IMG/VR virus record: IMGVR_UViG_3300011335_000142
Span: 1 to 43,560 of that record
Source: a virus
Lineage: Duplodnaviria > Caudoviricetes
DNA: 43,560 bases
Reading direction: 5' to 3' (one strand)
The number at the start of each line of letters is the position of its first letter. The first letter of the stretch is position 1. Under the pieces are notes generated by a model, which had not been told where the DNA came from, made no database searches, and saw only the letters and a program-made list of their open reading frames with translations. A program made the translations under genes and the position numbers. Of the stretch, positions 1 to 9,355 are shown piece by piece.

Positions 1-16
1 CGGCAGGGAAACGGTA

Positions 17-376
17 ATGGAGGATTTCTGGCGGTTGGCACAACACATCGAAGCCGCCTTAGAATACTCAGCAGGAACCCACACTCTTCAAGATGTTGCG
101 CAGGGTGTAGAGGAGAACAGATTCCAGGTTTGGCCTGGAGTCAAAAGCGTAGTCATCACAGAGATCATTGTCTACCCGCGACTCAAGAATCTGCATTATT
201 TTCTTGCTGGCGGCGACCTAGATGAACTCAAGCGGATGCGACCACACATCGAGGCTTGGGGAAAGCAGATTGGTTGCACGCGAGTTACCTTGGCTGGCCG
301 TAAGGGTTGGGCAAGGACGTTTTTAGCAGATGAGGGATATGCACCGAAGTGGCATATTCTGAGCAAGGAGTTGTAG
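17..376 (+). CDS. Conserved virion-associated protein, possible GNAT-like fold (T7 gp13-like position after tail gene)
   Basis: 119-aa ORF with LAGGDLDEL and GRKGW motifs; coupled (TAATG) to the upstream tail gene; only 2 aa differences from copy 2. Confidence 0.6.
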   Translation: MEDFWRLAQHIEAALEYSAGTHTLQDVAQGVEENRFQVWPGVKSVVITEIIVYPRLKNLHYFLAGGDLDELKRMRPHIEAWGKQIGCTRVTLAGRKGWARTFLADEGYAPKWHILSKEL

Positions 377-1339
377 ATGGCGACAAGAAACCGTTACGCT
401 GAGATCATGTCTCAATTTGGACAGTCGCAACCGTTTTCGTTCTTTGGTATGCCGTCCGGTGGGTTCAACCCTTATGCATCCGACTACACCGGAGGATTCA
501 CTCCGTACCAGCGTCCTCTTCCTGTACCAACACTGCCAGTAGAGCAAGACCAATATGCTGGATTGATTCAGCAGATTGGCGGTAGTGGTGGTGGCGGCGG
601 CTACAGCAGCAGTCCAGAAGGACAAGCCGCAAGAGAAGCGCCTATGAGCGATAGCGAAAGAGCATTTCAGCTTTCCGTCAATGAAGCTATAGCCGGTGGT
701 ATTGATAATCTATCGAGATTATCTCCAGTAGCAACAGGGTTAAAAGCACTTTTTTCTCCAAGAGAAGCCTCAGATAACAGCACTGGCGGACCATCAAGAG
801 CGCCATCTCCAGCAACAATAAACGTAAGAGAAACATATCGTGGAGATTTAGGTGATCCTGGACCTGGTTGGACAAGACAAAATTTAGGTAAAGGTGAACA
901 GGTATTTACCCGTGAAGTCCCTGTAGCTAAAGCTAGTTTTTCCGATCCCGAAGGAAATTTCGACTTTGCAGCATTTGAAAGAGCAGGGTATTCCATGCCA
1001 GGAATCGGTGGTGGTCAAGGTAGAACTAGCGGTGGCTATACAGTTGGCGGGTTTAAGGCTGATTCACCAGAAGCAGCAAGAGCAGCATCCGGACAGTTTG
1101 GAATGGACCCTAGCACGCGAGGAAACTTTGCTGCTGGCCTAGCTAAAGGCGGCTACGTCTCCATGCAGCATTTGGGAGGACCTGACCCAGAGGGTCCGGA
1201 TGACGGCTACGCTGCGCTCAAGGATGGCGAGTTTGTCATCAACGACAAGGCGGTGAAGAAGTACGGTATCGAGTTGATGCAGGCCATTAACTCGGGCAAG
1301 ATTTCAAAGGGCAAGCTACGCGGCTTGCTCGAAATGTAA
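377..1339 (+). CDS. Putative internal virion/ejection protein B, copy 1 (Gly/Ser/Pro-rich, conserved C-terminal GG-V...GPDD...LKDGEFVIN...YG...IN motif)
   Basis: 320-aa ORF; the C-terminal ~60 aa resembles a motif common in phage tape-measure/ejection proteins; synteny. Confidence 0.65.
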   Translation: MATRNRYAEIMSQFGQSQPFSFFGMPSGGFNPYASDYTGGFTPYQRPLPVPTLPVEQDQYAGLIQQIGGSGGGGGYSSSPEGQAAREAPMSDSERAFQLSVNEAIAGGIDNLSRLSPVATGLKALFSPREASDNSTGGPSRAPSPATINVRETYRGDLGDPGPGWTRQNLGKGEQVFTREVPVAKASFSDPEGNFDFAAFERAGYSMPGIGGGQGRTSGGYTVGGFKADSPEAARAASGQFGMDPSTRGNFAAGLAKGGYVSMQHLGGPDPEGPDDGYAALKDGEFVINDKAVKKYGIELMQAINSGKISKGKLRGLLEM

Positions 1340-1350
1340 GGAGAAACGAT

Positions 1351-2097
1351 ATGTCTAAAGGCGGCGGCAGCACTACAAGCACCACAGCAATTGATCCTGA
1401 TCTGAAGGCGGCTTATCTAGCCAACATCGGTCAGGCCCAGAGCGTAGCGGGTGCATTACCTACTCGGCAGTTTGCAGGGTTCAATCCGCTGTACCAGGCT
1501 GGCGAGGAGATGGTCACGAATGAGGCACTGACACCGTTCACTGGCGAGTCCATCCAGCAGTTCATGAACCCCTATGAGACTGACGTTATCCAGCGTGCAT
1601 TGGCTGATGTCGGTGGCTCATTGGAGACCCAGCGTCTCAAGGACCGGCAGGCAGCTACCGCTGCACGCGCCTTTGGCGGGTCTCGCCAGGGCGTGCAGGA
1701 GTCACTCACAAATGCCGCTGCCATCAAGCAGGCGGCTGATACCGCTGCGCAGATGCGTGCGGCGGGTTACGGGCAGGCTGCTGGGCTGGCTCAGTACGCG
1801 AAGGGAGCCAACATCTCCGGCGGCCAGGCGGTGATGGGACTGGGCGGTGCGCGTCAGCAGTTGGAGCAGGCGCAGTTGGATGCCCTGCGCAACATCGGTC
1901 TGGAGAAGCTACAGATTGCAACCGGTGGACTCAGCACCCAGCTACCGAATCTCGGGATGACCCAGACGCAACCGTACTATCGGAATCAGGTGTCAGGCGC
2001 TTTGGGCGGTGCGTTGGCAGGGCAGCGTCTAGGCGGTGCGGATTACGGTGGAACCGGCGCTTTGCTTGGTGGTTTGCTTGGACTATTTGGTGGATAA
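1351..2097 (+). CDS. Putative DNA ejection (internal virion) protein C, copy 1
   Basis: MSKGGG N-terminus, FMNPY and AFGGSRQ motifs, Gly-Leu-rich C-terminus typical of podophage ejection proteins; RBS aaggag. Confidence 0.75.
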   Translation: MSKGGGSTTSTTAIDPDLKAAYLANIGQAQSVAGALPTRQFAGFNPLYQAGEEMVTNEALTPFTGESIQQFMNPYETDVIQRALADVGGSLETQRLKDRQAATAARAFGGSRQGVQESLTNAAAIKQAADTAAQMRAAGYGQAAGLAQYAKGANISGGQAVMGLGGARQQLEQAQLDALRNIGLEKLQIATGGLSTQLPNLGMTQTQPYYRNQVSGALGGALAGQRLGGADYGGTGALLGGLLGLFGG

Positions 2098-2107
2098 GGG
2101 GAACAAG

Positions 2108-3724
2108 ATGGCCTACCCGTATGACATTTACAACTTGAATCCTAGAAATGTTGGTCAGTTAGACCTGACTCAACAGCAGTTGGAGTTGATCCGGCAACAA
2201 CAAGCGATGTCTCCTTTCGCTGCTTACACACGGGCAACGCTGCCTGCTCAATCACGCTACACCTTTGAAGGCATTGCACCGAGTGCTGTACCAGGCATTC
2301 AGTCTGGTGACCTACGCTCTGCACCATCAGGCTCGCAGTACATAAACCAGACGCTGTCGGATCAATACTTGCGTTCAGCAACTGGCAATGCACCGCTGGA
2401 GCCAATGCAAGAAGCGCCATTGCAGACATTTGACGAGGCTTATGGCGATATGCAGCCACGCCGCACACTCGGCCTGCTGGGTGATATGTTTGGCGGTGCA
2501 TCCGCGCTGGATGAGTACATGACGCCAGAGCAAAGAGCGCAGCTACAGAACCAAGGCGTAATGGCAGCGGCCATGCAACTGCTTGCGGCATCAGGACCAA
2601 GCCGAGTGCCAGTAGGACTAGGCCAGGCGCTTGGTGAGGCGTATGGTGCTGGTCAGAAGGGCTACACGGCAGCGCAGCAGAATCTGCTACAGAGCATGGC
2701 AGCCAAGCAGAAGATGGATGAGGCTAAAGCCACAAAGGATATGCAAGCCACAGTGTCTACATTCCTGACGCAGAAAGCGCCAGAAGGCGTTGACGCCAAA
2801 GAGTTCAAGGCGCAGCAGTACATGAAGCTGGCAGATGTCTATGCTGCACGCAATCCTGAGCAGGCCAGTAAGTTCTTTGACATGGCGCAGAAGCTGATGC
2901 CTGCAAAAGAGGCTACGCCTGATGACATCAAGAAGCTGAATGCTTTGGGATTGCCCGTTACGCTTGAAAACTTGGCAAAGCTAAAACCGTCTGCGGCTAC
3001 TCAAGACCCAGAAAAAATTCGCATGTTGAAGGCACTTGGCTTGCCTGTTACTTTGGAAAGTTTGCGACTATTAGAACCAGATAAACAAGAGGCAAGCCCC
3101 ACAGAGATAAGGCTTTTGCAGGCTACAAATACACCTGTGACTCTTGAAAACGTAATGAACCTACGCAAGTCAGGCGCTGGTGGTGGAACTACTGTATCGG
3201 TCAACACTGGTGAAAAGGGATTCACAAACGAGTTCAAGATCAAAGATGCATTCAGCGCTGAACCGGTATACAAAGAATACCAAGGGATGAAGAGCGCGTT
3301 CTCGCAGATTCAAGAGTCACTGAAGAAGGCTAATCCTATCGGTGACGTTGCAGCCGCGACAAAGATTATGAAACTGCTTGATCCTGGATCAGTGGTGCGC
3401 GAGTCTGAGTTGGGCATTGCTATGGCTGCCAGCGGGAAGATGGATAGGCTTACCAATTACGTTGATATGTACAAGAATGGAACTTTGCTGACTCCATCTC
3501 AACGTAATGAATTCAACGCGCTTGCAACTGAATTGTTTGCAGCGTCTGCCAAAGCGTACAACGACAAACGTAATGAGTACGCTGGGTTTGGTGCTAAGTA
3601 CGGTATTGATGCCAACCAAGCGTTGGGTGCGGCTGTGATAGTGCCTCAACCAATGACAACGCCACCAGCAGCCGGTGGCGCTCCGGTGCTGACGTGGGAC
3701 CCAGTAGCAAAGAAATTTAAGTGA
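2108..3724 (+). CDS. Putative ejection protein D, copy 1
   Basis: Start at ATG 2108 after gggg RBS; Q/A-rich helical core, three internal repeats, and a KLLDPGSVVRESE motif seen in phage ejection proteins. Confidence 0.7.
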   Translation: MAYPYDIYNLNPRNVGQLDLTQQQLELIRQQQAMSPFAAYTRATLPAQSRYTFEGIAPSAVPGIQSGDLRSAPSGSQYINQTLSDQYLRSATGNAPLEPMQEAPLQTFDEAYGDMQPRRTLGLLGDMFGGASALDEYMTPEQRAQLQNQGVMAAAMQLLAASGPSRVPVGLGQALGEAYGAGQKGYTAAQQNLLQSMAAKQKMDEAKATKDMQATVSTFLTQKAPEGVDAKEFKAQQYMKLADVYAARNPEQASKFFDMAQKLMPAKEATPDDIKKLNALGLPVTLENLAKLKPSAATQDPEKIRMLKALGLPVTLESLRLLEPDKQEASPTEIRLLQATNTPVTLENVMNLRKSGAGGGTTVSVNTGEKGFTNEFKIKDAFSAEPVYKEYQGMKSAFSQIQESLKKANPIGDVAAATKIMKLLDPGSVVRESELGIAMAASGKMDRLTNYVDMYKNGTLLTPSQRNEFNALATELFAASAKAYNDKRNEYAGFGAKYGIDANQALGAAVIVPQPMTTPPAAGGAPVLTWDPVAKKFK

Positions 3725-3731
3725 GTACATC

Positions 3732-5648
3732 ATGCCTCAACTAGTCAACATTGAAGGCGTCGGGGTAGTCTCTTTCCCTGACGGTATGAGCCAGGAGGAG
3801 ATGGCCGCCGCTCTGTCTCAACTACCAGGCCAGCGCAGCGTAGCGCAGGACCTGGCACGCCAGGTAGGACTCACATCACGCGCGGCATTACCGGCTATGA
3901 CGGGTGCAGCGATGGGCGGCATGGTAGGCGGCCCTCCAGGGGCTGCCATTGGCGCTCTGGGCGTCGGCCTGGGGACTATGGCGGGTGACCCTCTGGTGAG
4001 CCTGTTCAACCGCGCCACAGGCTACAAGGTTCCTACGCCGTCGCAGGCGTTTGAGAACATTGCCACCCAGATGGGACTGCCAGCGCCTGAGACCCCGACA
4101 GAGCGCGTGGTGAGCGACATCGTCCGCGCCGGTACTTCCACAGTCGGATCGGCGCGTGGCGCTGGCATAGTCGCGCAGAACCTGGCTAACGCCAACCTGA
4201 TGCGCGGCCAGGCTGCGGGTATCCCGTCCGAGGTGTTCAACCTACTCTCGCGCTACCCAGCGCAGCAAGTGGCCGCTGCTGGTGCGGCAGGCGCTGCCGG
4301 TGGCACTCTGCGCGAGTCAGGCGCAAGCCCAGGCGCTCAGATGGGCGGCGCGATGCTGGCGGGTATGGTCGCACCTGGTAGCCCCAAATTGCCATTCACT
4401 CAGCGTGCGCTGGCAGCACCGGCAACCGTAGTGCAACCGTTTACCCAAGCTGGCCGCGATGTGATTGTGGGTAACGTGCTGAACCGGATGGCGACTAATC
4501 CAGAATTGGCGCAGCAGCGTCTTGCGAATGCTGCACCCCTAGTACCAGGCGTGCGACCAACAACTGCTGCCACAGCGTATGACCCTGGTCTTGCTGGTCT
4601 GGAAACACCATTACGGTCTGCGACATTTGACCCGACCAATTTATTCGGAGCAAGAATATCCACTAACCAAGAGGCGCTGCTGGATGCATATCGACGCCTA
4701 TCAGGTAAGCCTGGCTCCATCCCATACGCCGAGGCAAAGCGGACTGATATCACTAGGCCAATGCGTGAAGAGGCTTTTGCTGGCGTTACCGTTCAGCCGG
4801 ACATATTCCAAAGTTCAATTGGTTTGGTGGTGAACAAGGCAGTTCAGAACGTATTGGATAGCCCAGTTGGTGTACGCCAAGACGTTGAGAATGCAATGAG
4901 TTGGGCGACCAGCAGAATTGCAAAGGCTCGAAACCCTCAAGAGTTGTACGAGGTTCGTAAGGATTTGTATAATGCTGCGCAAGGCAAGTACAACCAGGAG
5001 AACCCGAGCCTGCGACTTGCCAAGGGTCAGCTTTCAGATGTCATTAAATCAATTGATGACGTGATTGAGGCCGCTGCACCTGGTTACTCTGCTTATCTGG
5101 CTAAGTACAAAAAGATGTCTGATCCTATTGACCAGATGCGATTGCTTCAAGACATTGAGGCTAAAGTTGCAACGGGTCAGCCAAACATAAGCGGGACCCC
5201 AGTATTGGCTGCTGGTCCTCTGCGCCGTCAGCTTGCAATTAGGGCAGACGAGTTAGGCACTGAGTTGTCACCGGCTGCGCAGCGCAGGCTGGACGCCATC
5301 ATCACTGAGATCAATCGTGGCATGGCGTCTACAGCACCAGGCGTAAAGGCTCCAGGGTCTAACACTTTCCAGAACATGAGCATGGGCAACATGATTGGCC
5401 GAGTGTTCAGCGAATCGTTAGCAGATAACACCACGCTGCGCACAATGACGCGCCCACTAGACTGGCTATACAAGCTGCCTGACACCCAGGTCCAGCAGTT
5501 GCTGGTGGAGGCTATGCTTGACCCTCAGACGGCGGCTGTGCTGATGAGCAAGGCCAACATGATGAAGGTGGAGCCTCTCGCTAAGTCACTGCGCGAGAAG
5601 GCAATTCGTATGGGCATGGGAAGCGCAATCGGCGCAGCACAGGAGTAA
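3732..5648 (+). CDS. Putative large ejection protein E, copy 1
   Basis: 638 aa; N-terminal V.FPDGMS.EEM motif, Gly/Ala-rich hydrophobic segments, LVEAMLDP C-terminus; synteny. Confidence 0.7.
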   Translation: MPQLVNIEGVGVVSFPDGMSQEEMAAALSQLPGQRSVAQDLARQVGLTSRAALPAMTGAAMGGMVGGPPGAAIGALGVGLGTMAGDPLVSLFNRATGYKVPTPSQAFENIATQMGLPAPETPTERVVSDIVRAGTSTVGSARGAGIVAQNLANANLMRGQAAGIPSEVFNLLSRYPAQQVAAAGAAGAAGGTLRESGASPGAQMGGAMLAGMVAPGSPKLPFTQRALAAPATVVQPFTQAGRDVIVGNVLNRMATNPELAQQRLANAAPLVPGVRPTTAATAYDPGLAGLETPLRSATFDPTNLFGARISTNQEALLDAYRRLSGKPGSIPYAEAKRTDITRPMREEAFAGVTVQPDIFQSSIGLVVNKAVQNVLDSPVGVRQDVENAMSWATSRIAKARNPQELYEVRKDLYNAAQGKYNQENPSLRLAKGQLSDVIKSIDDVIEAAAPGYSAYLAKYKKMSDPIDQMRLLQDIEAKVATGQPNISGTPVLAAGPLRRQLAIRADELGTELSPAAQRRLDAIITEINRGMASTAPGVKAPGSNTFQNMSMGNMIGRVFSESLADNTTLRTMTRPLDWLYKLPDTQVQQLLVEAMLDPQTAAVLMSKANMMKVEPLAKSLREKAIRMGMGSAIGAAQE

Positions 5649-5652
5649 GACG

Positions 5653-7200
5653 ATGGCAACAGCATACCCAGGCGGTTTGCGCAAGCGCGGTGGCTTGCTG
5701 GACTACGAGGACACCATCCAGGCGACACCACGCAATGCATTCTTTGGTGGCGTGGCTGACTTGCTAGGCCAGGCGTACAAGCTGCCGGAGATGCCGCGTC
5801 TGGGTGTACCAGGCTTGGACTTTGTGGCCGCCAACAGGAACCGCCTGATGGACTTGCTTGGCGTCGGTGATGTGCAAAAGACCGCCGAGGCTATGGCATA
5901 CGGCAACAGGCTAGGCACTGGCAGGGGCATGACGTACCAGCCACTGCCCGAGACGATGGGCGCTGCGATGGCGGTTGCGCCGTTTGCTGGTAAAGCTATC
6001 CGCGCCACAGAAGGGTTGCCGGTAGGTGCGAGCATAAAGCTGGTTGATGATGTTGCACCGCAAGCTGAAGCTATGCGCCTTGCCCAGCAACGGGCATTAA
6101 CCGCTGGTCAATCTCCAAATGTGGAAACGAGAATGCTCCAACAAGGGTTTCAGCCTGACTGGTATCACGGGACAACAGGCGACATTACAAATTTCAAAAC
6201 TGGTTTATTGGGTGAAGCTACTGGAGCGCCAAGTGCCAGAAAAGCATTTTTCTTTGCGCGTGATCCACAAAATCCACCAGCGTCAATGATGGTTAAGTCA
6301 ACAGACCAATCATCTATTGATATGTTGAAAAAAATGGGAATGTCTGATGAAGAAATTGCTAGATTAAATGCAGTATCAATGGAAGGTCATGGCGCAGAAA
6401 CAGCATCAGGTTATGCGCAAATTGGTGGATCAAGAGAATACAGAGACGCAATGCGCAAAGCCAATTTAGCGGAAAAACGCAAAGATTGGAATTCTTACGA
6501 GGAGAATATGCAAATTGCTGAAGATTCTGAAATAAAGGGTATGAATGAAAGGCAAACTCTAGTCGCTAAATATGGTGATGCTAGGGATACGATGCTAGAC
6601 TCTATACAAAATTCCATTTTTAGCAAAAAATTGCCGCAAGCAGAAGCAGAAGCATTGGATGCAAAAGTTAAACAATTGATGCCTTATGGTTGGTACAACA
6701 GTTACAGTCAACCACAAATAGATGCTTTAAAAGAAAAATTTATTAATCTTGTCGGGCAGAAATCTGCTGCTCCAGCCTTAAAACAAATAGATAATTTCAA
6801 GTCTATTAGAGCAGAAAGAGAATTGATAGAACGTACTCAGCAAGGTGGTAATGTGATGCCTGTTGCTTTGCGCTATAAAAATCCGTTAGTCTATGATTTC
6901 CAAGGGCAAGGATACAGAGATCAATCGTATGCTGATTTACTTGATCAAGCACTTGCAGGCGGTAATGATGCAGTGATTATGAAAAACACTTATGACCCAG
7001 GCGGTAGTGCTGCCAAACTTATTGATGTTGGGGCTGTGTTTAAGCCTGAGCAAGTTCGTTCACGTTTTGCTGCTTACGACCCATTGAGAGTAACCGCAGC
7101 AACTGCCGCTGCTGCTGGGTTGGCGCCACCCGACTTGCTGGCAGCAGAAACGCCAGAAGAACTAAAACGCCGTCAGATGCGCGGCTTGCTGGCTCCATAA
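5653..7200 (+). CDS. Last gene of ejection module, copy 1: ADP-ribosyltransferase-like (ART-PolyVal-type) domain protein
   Basis: WYHGT (~6160), FFFA, ASGYA, GGNVMPVALRYKNPL, DAVIMKN and AVFKPEQVRSRFAAYDP motifs in the order expected for this ART family. Confidence 0.7.
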   Translation: MATAYPGGLRKRGGLLDYEDTIQATPRNAFFGGVADLLGQAYKLPEMPRLGVPGLDFVAANRNRLMDLLGVGDVQKTAEAMAYGNRLGTGRGMTYQPLPETMGAAMAVAPFAGKAIRATEGLPVGASIKLVDDVAPQAEAMRLAQQRALTAGQSPNVETRMLQQGFQPDWYHGTTGDITNFKTGLLGEATGAPSARKAFFFARDPQNPPASMMVKSTDQSSIDMLKKMGMSDEEIARLNAVSMEGHGAETASGYAQIGGSREYRDAMRKANLAEKRKDWNSYEENMQIAEDSEIKGMNERQTLVAKYGDARDTMLDSIQNSIFSKKLPQAEAEALDAKVKQLMPYGWYNSYSQPQIDALKEKFINLVGQKSAAPALKQIDNFKSIRAERELIERTQQGGNVMPVALRYKNPLVYDFQGQGYRDQSYADLLDQALAGGNDAVIMKNTYDPGGSAAKLIDVGAVFKPEQVRSRFAAYDPLRVTAATAAAAGLAPPDLLAAETPEELKRRQMRGLLAP

Positions 7201-7553
7201 AAAGCCGCCATCAGCGGATCAACCTTGATCTTCCTGCGCTTGCTACGCTCACGCGCCAACCGGAAATCCTTGTCCTCCTGGGACTCACGCTCACGCACCC
7301 GCTGCACGCGCTCATACCGCGTATAGGCCGGTGGCATGGGAGCGTCAGTGCCTATGCCCCAAGCGTAGACCCTGGCAATCCTCCCGCTGGTGCGCGACCA
7401 GCTTGCGACGTAGACCTGGCCGCGCTCATGCATCTTCTTCATGTTGTACTCGGTGGCACGCTCAGACAGGAACACCGTAGCCGCCAGTTCTTTGCGGGTC
7501 ATGGGGCGCTTTCTCAGCGCCTGCTCAATCTGCTTTAGTCGGGTTGGCTGCAC
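7173..7553 (-). CDS. Winged-HTH DNA-binding protein
   Basis: MTRKELAATVFLSERATEYNMKKM HTH-like pattern; GTG start; converges on and overlaps the ART gene. Confidence 0.6.
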   Translation of the reverse strand: MQPTRLKQIEQALRKRPMTRKELAATVFLSERATEYNMKKMHERGQVYVASWSRTSGRIARVYAWGIGTDAPMPPAYTRYERVQRVRERESQEDKDFRLARERSKRRKIKVDPLMAAFYGASKPRI

Positions 7554-7692
7554 GTTCTACTTTCACTCTCTCCATCGTCGAGAAACGATGCCCATTGGCG
7601 CACTCATACCGACGGTAGGTTTCATTGTCGTACTTATGCCTGGTCTCCAGCACGCGGGTCCAGGCTTTGCACTGCGGTTGTGGGCAGATCAC
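7525..7692 (-). CDS. Small NrdR-like zinc-ribbon protein (55 aa, below ORF-track cut-off)
   Basis: Own translation: VICPQPQCKAWTRVLETR...RRYECANGHRFSTME; GTGA overlap with upstream gene. Confidence 0.7.
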   Translation of the reverse strand: MICPQPQCKAWTRVLETRHKYDNETYRRYECANGHRFSTMERVKVERAANPTKAD

Positions 7693-8135
7693 GAGTTGCG
7701 CTCCTTGAGTTTGGCAATGAGAGCAAGAGCGAATTGATACGTTTCACGGGTTTCGTTATACCCAGCCGTACTGTGTATCTCCTCATCTGTCAGCCCTACC
7801 CATGTGCGCTGTGGTGGGGTGGTGTAGAGAGGAACAGAACTTAATCGTGGCTCAAACAAACTAACAATGTCTTGTCCGCGCATATCTTTCCACATCCACG
7901 CCACAGGCTCCTGCGCTGGATGTGCATCAATATGCTCCAAGCATTTACTCAAAGCAAAATACAAGTTGCCATTGTCCACTTGAGAGTCTGGCGTACCGTA
8001 TTCAGCAGCAATTCTTCTGGCCTCTAGCAAATTAACAGGCTCCTGCAACTTGTCCGCAGCCGCTTTACGCTTGGCTTGAAATCCGCGCTGTGGCAATTCA
8101 AGTTTTTCAAACAACGCATCTGTATCATTTTTCAT
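7689..8135 (-). CDS. Hypothetical phage protein (QEPVAW...PLYT...WVGLTDEEI family)
   Basis: Motifs typical of betaproteobacterial phage proteins; ATGA coupling suggests a start at 8135. Confidence 0.6.
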   Translation of the reverse strand: MKNDTDALFEKLELPQRGFQAKRKAAADKLQEPVNLLEARRIAAEYGTPDSQVDNGNLYFALSKCLEHIDAHPAQEPVAWMWKDMRGQDIVSLFEPRLSSVPLYTTPPQRTWVGLTDEEIHSTAGYNETRETYQFALALIAKLKERNS

Positions 8136-8344
8136 AGCATTCCACCTTTCAAAGTTATGCAAGTGCCCTCAATCAGCGTGACCATCTGACCACCTTTGAG
8201 GGACATCTTGCGTAGGGTTTCTTTCTGGTCCTCAATTGCCTGGCGGCACTCGGACTCTCGGCTGAAGTAGCGCATCGACTGAGCGAACTCGCAGTTGCCA
8301 TTCATGCAGACAAACAGGACGGGGATGTAGAGGATGTGGATCAT
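8132..8344 (-). CDS. Small Cys-containing hypothetical protein with hydrophobic N-terminus
   Basis: MIHILYIPVLFVC...; ATGA overlap at 8341-8344. Confidence 0.55.
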   Translation of the reverse strand: MIHILYIPVLFVCMNGNCEFAQSMRYFSRESECRQAIEDQKETLRKMSLKGGQMVTLIEGTCITLKGGML

Positions 8345-8526
8345 GTCAGTTTGCACTCCTGGGTGAACAGCGCGGCGACAGTGCCGCATAGTGGTTGGTA
8401 GGTGAAGTAGCCCCAGGCCATGCAGACGGCTGCTACGACAGCCATCAGGCCGATGAAGAAGAACACGCTGGCTATCAGGCCCAGGACAATGCTGGCCCAG
8501 GACTCAATCTCATCATCTGTATCCAT
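8341..8526 (-). CDS. Small membrane protein
   Basis: 61 aa with a long hydrophobic stretch; part of a coupled leftward operon. Confidence 0.55.
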   Translation of the reverse strand: MDTDDEIESWASIVLGLIASVFFFIGLMAVVAAVCMAWGYFTYQPLCGTVAALFTQECKLT

Positions 8527-8586
8527 GATTCGTACTCCGGTGAATCAAACACAAACAGCATGGCGCAGAGCGCCAGCACGACTAGG

Positions 8587-8835
8587 CTAATTCGCCTTGG
8601 CATACGCCAACTCGGTCTGGATCGACTTCAGTTCCTGGCGCAGAATCTCGCATTCCTGGTCCATGCGTTTCTGCGTAAATTCAGCGCCACGCGCCCAGCC
8701 TGCCAGGGCAGCCTCGGTGCAGGCCGTGTGCAGCATGGTTGCCAGGTCACCGCGATCCACAATGCCAAAGTCGCCAACCGCAGGGAGGTGCGCGAACACG
8801 GTCTTCTTAATTTCGATTTCTAGAGGATTCATCAT
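8587..8835 (-). CDS. Hypothetical protein with C-terminal coiled coil
   Basis: MMNPLEIEIKK...; ATGA coupling at 8832-8835. Confidence 0.55.
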   Translation of the reverse strand: MMNPLEIEIKKTVFAHLPAVGDFGIVDRGDLATMLHTACTEAALAGWARGAEFTQKRMDQECEILRQELKSIQTELAYAKAN

Positions 8836-8918
8836 GCAAACCACCATTGTGTAAGGACGTAGGAAAGACCGGCGAGGATTGCGGCAGAGAGTGCCGCGTC
8901 AAGGATAAGTTTCTTCAT
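8832..8918 (-). CDS. 28-aa single-TM peptide
   Basis: Own translation MKKLILDAALSAAILAGLSYVLTQWWFA; ATGA overlaps at both ends. Confidence 0.55.
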   Translation of the reverse strand: MKKLILDAALSAAILAGLSYVLTQWWFA

Positions 8919-9214
8919 GCTGCTGCTCCAATCTGGTGGGTGTATTCAAGGTAGTGGTTCTGCGCCATCACTTGACGCTGCTCATTGTCCTGCTCACGGC
9001 GGCGAGGGATGAAACGCTCAACGAACCCACTGTGCGGGAGAACGAACCCGTAACTCATAGGCTCATGGAAGAAGTTGCGCTGAGAGAGTTCCGACTCGCG
9101 CCAAAACGCCCCGGGGTTCTCGCGTTGCAAGCTAGCGGCGACCTTGTCAATCTGGTGGCCTCCAAAGCAAGCGGCAGCTTTAAGCTGGCTGCGTTGGTAG
9201 TTAGTGAGTTTCAT
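8915..9214 (-). CDS. Hypothetical protein, first gene of leftward (early) operon
   Basis: 99-aa ORF with GAGG RBS on the minus strand. Confidence 0.6.
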   Translation of the reverse strand: MKLTNYQRSQLKAAACFGGHQIDKVAASLQRENPGAFWRESELSQRNFFHEPMSYGFVLPHSGFVERFIPRRREQDNEQRQVMAQNHYLEYTHQIGAAA

Positions 9215-9355
9215 TGTGATACCTCGGTTGTTGATGACGAGCGAATCATATCGCAGTTGATTACTGCATCACAAACAGCAGTTGCGAATTGCATTAGGGA
9301 AAACACCTACACATTTCGGTGTAGAATGCGTCAACAAGGAGATGATAATCTAATC
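9215..9355. promoter_or_regulatory. Divergent promoter/operator region
   Basis: Non-coding gap between divergent operons; inverted repeat TAGG-gaaaaca-CCTA (9295-9309) and overlapping ctacac-atttcg-gtgtag; TAGAAT -10-like hexamer. Confidence 0.55.

Larger units (their letters stand above)
1..5703. repeat. Copy 1 of a long imperfect (mosaic) direct repeat covering the ejection-protein module
   Basis: nt 1 (cggcagggaaacggtaatggagg) recurs at 34973; homology is patchy through five genes and ends after ...ggtggcttgctggac at 5703. Confidence 0.97.

Noticed and set aside
377-7200. Diversity-generating retroelement or invertase shufflon driving the variation
   Set aside because: No reverse transcriptase or site-specific recombinase seen; differences are not adenine-specific and all segments are co-oriented
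8936-9355. N-terminal extension of the 216-aa ORF upstream of the HTH gene
   Set aside because: Overlaps the leftward gene and the promoter region; the HTH protein most plausibly starts at 9356
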